Positions 57,288-64,000 of a DNA stretch of 64,000 nt are shown here, one piece after another. The stretch is taken from NCBI GenBank assembly GCA_017475235.1, contig JAFVGA010000001.1:5240-69239 (forward strand), in the 5' to 3' direction. Each line of letters opens with the position of its first letter. Positions within the stretch are counted from its first letter, which is position 1. This DNA comes from Eubacterium sp. (lineage in GTDB: Bacteria; Bacillota; Clostridia; Lachnospirales; Lachnospiraceae). Made by a program: the position numbers and the translations under genes. The notes beneath the pieces are model-generated. The model saw only the letters and a program-made list of their open reading frames with translations, was not told where the DNA came from and ran no database searches.

Positions 57288-59043
57288 ATACGGTATTACA
57301 GGAGCTTATAGTACTGTATTCTATAATTACTTTATAGCAAACGGAATTACTTCTCAGGGTAGAGATGCCATTGCGTCGGCTATTATGCTATTCGAAGAGT
57401 TCTTGTCTAATAATGTAAAATTCGGTTCTCTTAATGAAATGGTTCATTTCATCAGATGCGTATTGGATGACCCAAGAACTATGAGAGATGAAGATGTTCT
57501 TTTAGGAGAACCTATAACGTTAGAAGAAACATTCTTCCAGATAGTAGCAACTTGTGGATTCTATTATGTCCCATCGGAAGAAGATTTACAGATTGTATGG
57601 GATATGCTTACACAAGTTTCTCAGGAAGATCTTAATAGATTATTCTATAGAAACAACTTGTATTGGTTCTGTGAGAGATCTATAGTAATGGATCTTATTA
57701 AGAAGATTCTCCGTAAACTTGATGCTGTATTTATTGATCCAAATAAAGTCCCGGATATTATTTCTGATGAGATGGATCAACTATACGCTTTATTTAAAGA
57801 GTATGTATATCACCCACACATCATTATAGACTCTACAGATAGAGCTAGAATAATGATGAGAGACGTAAGCATTCTTACAGATACAGACTCATCATTTGTA
57901 TCTCTTGAAGGTTGGTATCAGTTTATAGAGCACAATACACGAGATATAGATTTCCCTATACGTCATGTAAGAACGTCTAAAGGACCGGAAGCAAAACAAG
58001 AGAAAGATATATTCCCAGTTTCTCATTTTGATCCAACTGTACCGGTATTTGATCCGCATATGGGATATGACTTTGATGCTAATGAAATTATCTTTAGAGA
58101 AGAAGTCATAGATGCAAATACTATGTGTGCTGATGCCGGAGTTAAATTTACTATAACCAATATTATGGGTAATATCTTATATAGACTTCAGGTTGACTAT
58201 ATGAGATTATATTGTAAGCAGTATAATACTTGGGATATAGATTTCGGTAGAGATTGCTTGATTGTATTGAAGAATGAGTTCGCTCTAAAGAATGCTCTTA
58301 TTACTACAGCAAGTAAGAACTATGCTACATATCAGGAAAGACAAGAAGAGAATATGGTTCCTCTTAATGCAGCTCTTGATGTTAAGGGATTACCTATTAC
58401 TAAATCTGGTGTTGCCGATAGAACTAAGGATCAGATTAAGAGTATCTTGTTTACAGAAGTTCTTAATCCGGAAAAGATAGATCAGGTATCTATAGTAGAG
58501 AAACTTAGTATTATGGAAAAGCAGATATACAATTCTCTGCATGATGGTGAAAAGCTGTATTATAAACCAGCTAGAATCAAACCTTTGAATTCATATGCTA
58601 ATCCTACATTCGCTGTAGTATCTGCTGATGCGTATAATAGTATTAAACAAGATACGGATCCAGGTATAGATTTAACCGAACGTAATACTATATGTGTGGT
58701 TAATACGGATATAACTCTTAAGAATGTGGAAGCAATCAAAGAGCAGTATCCGGATGTGTATGAAAAGCTAGTAGCTTATATTAATATGCTTGCATCCCAG
58801 AAGACTTTAACTGTAGAAGATGAAGATGGTAATGTAACTACAATTCCAAAGAAACCAGCGGATAAGATTCAGATAAAGTATATTGGTATTCCGATGGATA
58901 TAGATGTGCCGAATTGGTTAAGACCATTTATTGATTACATACGAATCATCAATGATAATATCGATAAATTCCCGATGGAAGAAGTCGGTATTATGAGGCA
59001 AGGAATGAAAACTTTAAACGCAACCAATATGCTTACATTCTAA
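57288..59043 (+). CDS. B-family DNA polymerase C-terminal (catalytic) subunit, exon 2
   Basis: YGITG, ITSQGR, motif C TDTDS, LKNEF, KNYA and DVKGL; spliced product 731 aa. Confidence 0.9.
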
Positions 59044-59082
59044 AAATATAAAGGGAGTCCCACAAGGAGACTCCCTTATTTT

Positions 59083-59865
59083 TTATACGCAAATCATAAT
59101 AGGTTGATTCTTGTTTGCCGGTGAAACGTATGATTCTTCGAGTTTTGCTACAACTTCATCTCTCATTCTTGACTTATCTGCGATAGTATCAAGTTTGAGA
59201 TTAGAGTTAGCAAATACTGTTTCGAGATCATCATAGTATTTAAGGAATTCATATAAATATGTAGCTACATCAGCTATAGCAAGTTTTTCAAATGTTTCCA
59301 TTGATGTAGGAGGAATAGTCATAAGATTCAATGGGTGTTCTACGAATACATCCAAAGGAACAACTCGGAATGGAATACTCTGTCTACCTACAGCCATCTT
59401 AAACTTTACTCGGTTTGGATATTGGAAATCTACAAATACATGTCCATTGAACACCGAGTTTAAGTTTGCTGAACCTTGCAGGAGAGCAATATCATCATAT
59501 GTGTATTCTGATACGGTTGTAGCAAAATCGTAGAATCCTAAACCTCCAGAAACCATTCCTGGAATAGCTGTAGCACCAGTGTCTCTGAATGCTGAGAAGT
59601 TTATATCTTTGATACCTATGATTTTTGCACCATCAACCATTCTTGGGTTTAAGAGATAATATCCTTCTCTATCCATAGGAGTCTTATCTCTATCAAGATA
59701 TACTGTTATCTTATGAGGGAAGTATCTCGAATATGTCGGAATAGTATCATCAGCTATAACTTCTTTTGCCCAAGTGTCCTTACTAATTTCATCAGGCAGA
59801 ACAAGAGCTTTGGTGCCTATTCGTCTTTCAATTTTGTTTAATAGTTTAGTCATTTCATTTGCCAT
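59083..59865 (-). CDS. Putative virion structural (neck/head-completion-like) protein
   Basis: ORF with SD AGGAG; function inferred. Confidence 0.45.
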   Translation of the reverse strand: MANEMTKLLNKIERRIGTKALVLPDEISKDTWAKEVIADDTIPTYSRYFPHKITVYLDRDKTPMDREGYYLLNPRMVDGAKIIGIKDINFSAFRDTGATAIPGMVSGGLGFYDFATTVSEYTYDDIALLQGSANLNSVFNGHVFVDFQYPNRVKFKMAVGRQSIPFRVVPLDVFVEHPLNLMTIPPTSMETFEKLAIADVATYLYEFLKYYDDLETVFANSNLKLDTIADKSRMRDEVVAKLEESYVSPANKNQPIMICV

Positions 59866-59912
59866 TATAATCAACTCCTTAGTTGTATATTATGCTTGTA
59901 GAAAGGAGGTTC

Positions 59913-60581
59913 ATGAATATGAATGAACCAGTTTTTCCATTTGTGAGGCTAACAAAAAATGAGCATTTTTTAAAAATGTATTGTATAGCTTTCTTGAGAT
60001 GGATGTTTACAAAAGTCCCCAATAAATTTAGGGAGATTATATTTGTTAAAGAAGGCAAAAAAAGAGCTTCTCGTAATACTGTTTTAACAAGTGATGAAGA
60101 CATATATGGATTAGATCCGAATTGCCGAATGCTAATCATCAATTTAGACAGTCTTTTTGCAATGAAGATTCCGGATGATTCAACGGATATTCCGAAATAT
60201 AAGGGTGAATATGATGATTATGATGAGCAAGATGAAATTGATCAATCGAAATATCCATTCTTGTTTAATAATGATAAAAGAGAACAACTCAGTGTGGTCT
60301 TTACGATACTGATGGCAACTTTAGTCCATGAGGTAATGCATTCATTCGTGTTGACTGATTTTTCTCAATGCGATAACGATGTATATATGTGGCAGATAGA
60401 ATACTTGGTGGATGCTCAAACTCGAGACTTTTTATACCAGTATGAATCTGAAATAAAAATAGTGTTTAATATCGATATATGTCATACGTATATCGACAGG
60501 TACCTGGAATTTGCTAGAAGAAAGTATTTTCCGGGAGAATTTGTAGGTGATAAATATGCTCAAAATACTAAAAGAATGTGA
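59913..60581 (+). CDS. Early HExxH metalloprotease-like protein, paralog 1
   Basis: LVHEVMHS...IEYLVD; early promoter 59884-59900. Confidence 0.7.
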   Translation: MNMNEPVFPFVRLTKNEHFLKMYCIAFLRWMFTKVPNKFREIIFVKEGKKRASRNTVLTSDEDIYGLDPNCRMLIINLDSLFAMKIPDDSTDIPKYKGEYDDYDEQDEIDQSKYPFLFNNDKREQLSVVFTILMATLVHEVMHSFVLTDFSQCDNDVYMWQIEYLVDAQTRDFLYQYESEIKIVFNIDICHTYIDRYLEFARRKYFPGEFVGDKYAQNTKRM

Positions 60582-61224
60582 TAAGCCGTATACAGCTTTT
60601 GAAGAAGTGATGATACGGAGAATAGAACGAATAATATTTAAGGTTTTTGAAACGATCCCGAATAGATTTGAAATCATTCGATTTAAACACGCTAATCCGG
60701 ACGACAACAATTGTCCGGCTTATTCTGAAGCATTTAATGAAGATCCGAATAATTTATATGGAAGATATTTCGGAGACTTCCATTTCATGACTATTAATAT
60801 CGACAATATGATAAAAGAATCAGATAGATTGTCTGATGAGTATTTTAAACTATGCGAAGATATCGCCGAAAAAAAGAATGAGCCCGTTTCGAATTTTGAC
60901 ATTAATTCATTAATGGATGATGTAAAGCATACCGCTATTCTTTACACGATCGTTCATGAGATAATGCACAGTGTGACTTTTACTGATAATCATATGCTTG
61001 AATATGATTATACTGTTGGAGATATATCAAGTTATAATCAATATAGAAAAACCATTGAACTATTAGTCGATATGAGAACCGCAGAGTTCATTCGTAATAA
61101 TGCTAAAAATGAGGAATTTCTCAATGCTTCTGGTTGCAAAGTAATTCTAGACTCAGTAATCCAGATGCAACTACATTTCTCAAGAGAAAACATATCAACC
61201 CCGTTCTGTTTAGGAACAAAGTAA
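60547..61224 (+). CDS. Early HExxH metalloprotease-like protein, paralog 2
   Basis: IVHEIMHS...IELLVD; shared FxxIPNxF motif. Confidence 0.7.
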   Translation: MINMLKILKECDKPYTAFEEVMIRRIERIIFKVFETIPNRFEIIRFKHANPDDNNCPAYSEAFNEDPNNLYGRYFGDFHFMTINIDNMIKESDRLSDEYFKLCEDIAEKKNEPVSNFDINSLMDDVKHTAILYTIVHEIMHSVTFTDNHMLEYDYTVGDISSYNQYRKTIELLVDMRTAEFIRNNAKNEEFLNASGCKVILDSVIQMQLHFSRENISTPFCLGTK

Positions 61225-61240
61225 TTTTTGGAGGAAAATT

Positions 61241-62036
61241 ATGATCAACTTACTCGACGATATTCAGGAAAACAACACAATTAGTGCACCAAAGTTCACT
61301 TTAAGACACCCTGTTGAAGAGAGTCTTTTAGACAAAGCTGATACGTGTACTTAAAGCATTATGTGAATATGTGTTAGGTTTAGTATTCTCTAAAATTCCT
61401 AATACATTTATTAATGACGCTGTATTTCTCAATTCCGATAAGATGCAACTTGATGGTGTTTATTTTAAGCACGTATACACGGAAGATACAAAATTCACTC
61501 ACTCTAAAGCTTCTATAGATATCAAAAGAGGTGGAGTTGTATTTGTGGAAACTGCAACAGCTTGTGTGAAAACCAAGGAAGCTGATCACCCTAATGGCAG
61601 AACCCACTATGTTTCTTTCAGCGACGTAACAATTCCTGACAAATATAATATCTGTATTTTCAATGATAGACTGATGGCGACTTGCGCGGCAGGTAATCCA
61701 GTGTTGGTTGAATCAGCTGGCCTCAAATCAAATCAGAATGTTCCTATGGAAATAAAAAGAGTCATTAATGACTTCGAAAATTTCTGTGTTAGTAAACCAA
61801 AGGACGCAATGCTGACATATCTGTATTATATTCTAATAGAGCCTATTATAAATATAGTAGCAATGAATAATGTCAATGTTCCTAGATTTGGGTTAGAACG
61901 CACTATCAAAACCATAGATTTCATATATCAGAATGAAGCTGATTTTGAAAACCTTGGCCTTAAGATAGACCACTACTTCCTTGATACATTCGCTCAGATC
62001 AGACAGTGGTTTGCCGATTACTCTTTAAACAGATAA
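61241..62036 (+). pseudogene. Third paralog, frameshifted near 61335 and lacking HExxH
   Basis: SD GGAGG + ATG 61241 gives 37 aa; the +1 frame reads LKALCEYVLGLVFSKIPNTF, aligning with paralog 1. Confidence 0.6.
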
Positions 62037-62095
62037 TCAGTAATCAGACGAATTCTAATAATTATAATGAGGAGCTTTCGGGCTCCTCATTATTT

Positions 62096-62926
62096 TTAAT
62101 TCATAAACTGTCTAACGATATAATCTTCAAGACTTACTACAACTGAATTTCCTGTGTTGTTTTCTGTAAGCATTACTCTCTTACCGTTATCGATAAGCAT
62201 ACCGCTCTTAGCCTGAACATCAAAGTTTTCAAGAATAGCCTTGAAGTTAGCTGATTCTTCTTTGATGAATCCCATAGCAGCTTCGTTTTCAATAGCAAGA
62301 GGAATAAGAGATTCTGTTACTACATTAGTAGAACCATCAGATGTAAGTAAGTTGAGAGGTAAGGTGGATTCCGTCTTAACCTTGTCATCAGTGATAATGC
62401 CAGTAGTATAAGCTTTCTGATGCGACGGAAGAATTACCCAGTCATAAGTAATGATACGGATATTTCTTACATAGCAATTGCCATCCTTATTATCAATACT
62501 ACCAAGAGCTCTGAGAGAGAATGACGGCTTATATCCAGAAGCAAGGTCTTTATTGAAGTAATCACCGATTTCATTATTAGCTCCTTTAAAGTGCCCTCTG
62601 ATGATATTACCATCTCTCCAGAGTTTTGTATATACTACACCAGCTCTGAGAAGATCAACAACCTGCTGTCTTGCAACAGATTTATCTAACGGATGGTTAG
62701 CTTCACCTCTCATATTACCTGTAGGAATAAGCTCTTTCTGGATACGATCAGAATTCAAATCTGGATCGATATCTTTTGGAACGTATATACGACCATTTCT
62801 ATTTTTTACATCAAGATCTTGCATTATACCTTCAGCTAATAAACGACCATTAGAGTCGCCAATGATATTAGCTTCAGACTTTATTTCAGACTCGAGAATA
62901 ATATGTCCTATGCTTTTATAGTCCAT
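62096..62926 (-). CDS. Prohead core protease (T4 gp21-like)
   Basis: NRNGRIY, GEANHP, SFSLRALG, ITYDWV..PSH; late promoter 62959-62970. Confidence 0.88.
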   Translation of the reverse strand: MDYKSIGHIILESEIKSEANIIGDSNGRLLAEGIMQDLDVKNRNGRIYVPKDIDPDLNSDRIQKELIPTGNMRGEANHPLDKSVARQQVVDLLRAGVVYTKLWRDGNIIRGHFKGANNEIGDYFNKDLASGYKPSFSLRALGSIDNKDGNCYVRNIRIITYDWVILPSHQKAYTTGIITDDKVKTESTLPLNLLTSDGSTNVVTESLIPLAIENEAAMGFIKEESANFKAILENFDVQAKSGMLIDNGKRVMLTENNTGNSVVVSLEDYIVRQFMN

Positions 62927-63044
62927 TACAGTTTCCTCCTTTATATAAAGTATATATTTATACAAATGTTTCCTACCATCCCTAGTCTCCAGTGTTAAAT
63001 CTAACACCAAGCAAAACATACCAGTAATACACCAGATAAGGAGA

Positions 63045-63233
63045 ATGATGTGTATGGATAAACAAGATTCACTTACTTTTCTGGAAAAACTTATTAAGTA
63101 TGATCCGGAAGAGATAAATGATATTCTTCTTCAAAAAGGAAAGCAGAAAATGATCTTTCCTTTTGTAAGAAGAGAAGACCCAAAAACCCTAAACAATTCT
63201 AAGGAGGAAAATCCAAATGGCAAACGAAAATGA
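63045..63233 (+). CDS. Small hypothetical protein
   Basis: Late promoter 63015-63026; SD AAGGAG. Confidence 0.6.
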   Translation: MMCMDKQDSLTFLEKLIKYDPEEINDILLQKGKQKMIFPFVRREDPKTLNNSKEENPNGKRK

Positions 63234-63756
63234 ATTCAACTTAAACCAGATGCTCGACGAAATTAAGGGCAACATCAAGCAGAAGAAAGCTTCAGCAAAG
63301 GATGAAACACTCATCATGCAGGCTATGCTTAACGATACTTCTTTCTCTGTAGAAGTATTCACAAACTCTGGTTCAGAATCACACTGCCCTGCAACAGTAT
63401 TTAAGAATGCAGTAGCGGGTGTAATCTCAGACACAACAAAGATATCTAAGCAGGAAGCTTCAGAACTCATGAACAACTACAATGTAGGTAAGTCAGCGGC
63501 TGAAGCTATGTGTACAGTATCTAAGGACTTCCTTAATACTACACTCTCTACAGGTAGAAAGGTAAACCTCGGCGGTACACAGTACTCAAATATCTCAATG
63601 CATAAGCAGTTCGTAGAAGAAACAACAAAGTCTTATCCGGTTATCGATCCTAAGACTGGTAAGTCTAATGGAATGAAGACTAAGACTATCCCAGGACATG
63701 AAGTAATCAAGTGCTCATGCTCTTGCCCTAAGTGGCTCTTCCCTGAAGAAAAGTAA
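63217..63756 (+). CDS. HU/IHF-like DNA-binding protein with N-terminal extension
   Basis: L..GRKVNLGG ... IDPKTG ... TIPGHEV resembles the HU arm. Confidence 0.5.
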   Translation: MANENEFNLNQMLDEIKGNIKQKKASAKDETLIMQAMLNDTSFSVEVFTNSGSESHCPATVFKNAVAGVISDTTKISKQEASELMNNYNVGKSAAEAMCTVSKDFLNTTLSTGRKVNLGGTQYSNISMHKQFVEETTKSYPVIDPKTGKSNGMKTKTIPGHEVIKCSCSCPKWLFPEEK

Positions 63757-63888
63757 TAACATATAAATATTGTAAGTTTAAAATTTTTTCATGGACTGAC
63801 TAATAATCCAAGTTTCCGGGTAGGTTAATTCCTACCCGGATTCTTATGTATTTCAACATTTGATTAAATTTATAAAGGAGGTATAGCT

Positions 63889-64000
63889 ATGGTTAAAGTG
63901 TCTAAGTACCTTAAAAACGTCACTAAGTCCATGGGTTACGCACTGTATTCGACCACTAAAGATAGTTATTCTACAGTGGCCGATTTTGCGGAAACAAACT
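63889..64000 (+). CDS. 5' end of a late gene (truncated by window)
   Basis: Late promoter 63855-63866; SD AAGGAGGT; open frame MVKVSKYLKNV... Confidence 0.7.
   Translation, partial: MVKVSKYLKNVTKSMGYALYSTTKDSYSTVADFAETN

Noticed and set aside
531-63476. Numerous 60-200 aa antisense or alternate-frame ORFs in the ORF track
   Set aside because: They lie over well-supported genes, lack SD sites and are typical shadow ORFs of biased codon usage
1-64000. tRNA or rRNA genes, CRISPR arrays, reverse transcriptase/DGR, integrase or transposase
   Set aside because: None recognised by eye; tRNAscan-SE and HMM searches would be needed to exclude divergent ones
1-64000. Stop-codon reassignment as in some gut jumbo phages
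   Set aside because: Core genes are full length in the standard code; the breaks seen are explained by introns or single frameshifts

Overview
AT-rich, gene-dense segment of a jumbo myovirus related to the AR9/PBS1/phiKZ phages that encode their own multisubunit RNA polymerases. Strong AGGAGG Shine-Dalgarno sites and a Clostridia-style dUTPase suggest a Bacillota host (inference). Core genes include three RNAP beta'-derived pieces, a candidate sigma-like subunit, primase, SF2 helicase, GroEL-like chaperonin, dUTPase, large terminase, portal, tail sheath and tube, major capsid protein and prohead protease. The B-family DNA polymerase is split into two genes about 19 kb apart, and each is interrupted by a group I intron; the splice sites can be resolved to the nucleotide. 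Two anti-defence genes are recognisable: an AcrIII-1/DUF1874 ring nuclease and an Acb2/Tad1-like sponge. Two promoter classes can be read directly: early TRTATATTAT-N6-R (about 12 sites) and late AAC(A/T)-N6-TA (about 20 sites). Mapping them reveals a non-coding layer that the ORF track misses. (i) A 47-nt pseudoknot leader with covarying stems sits at the predicted +1 of three early transcripts, including acrIII-1. (ii) Four or five stand-alone late-promoter/terminator small-RNA units mostly carry anti-Shine-Dalgarno-like sequences. (iii) A highly structured early RNA of about 235 nt contains a micro-ORF whose start codon may be sequestered. All family assignments come from motif recognition by eye; no database searches were run.
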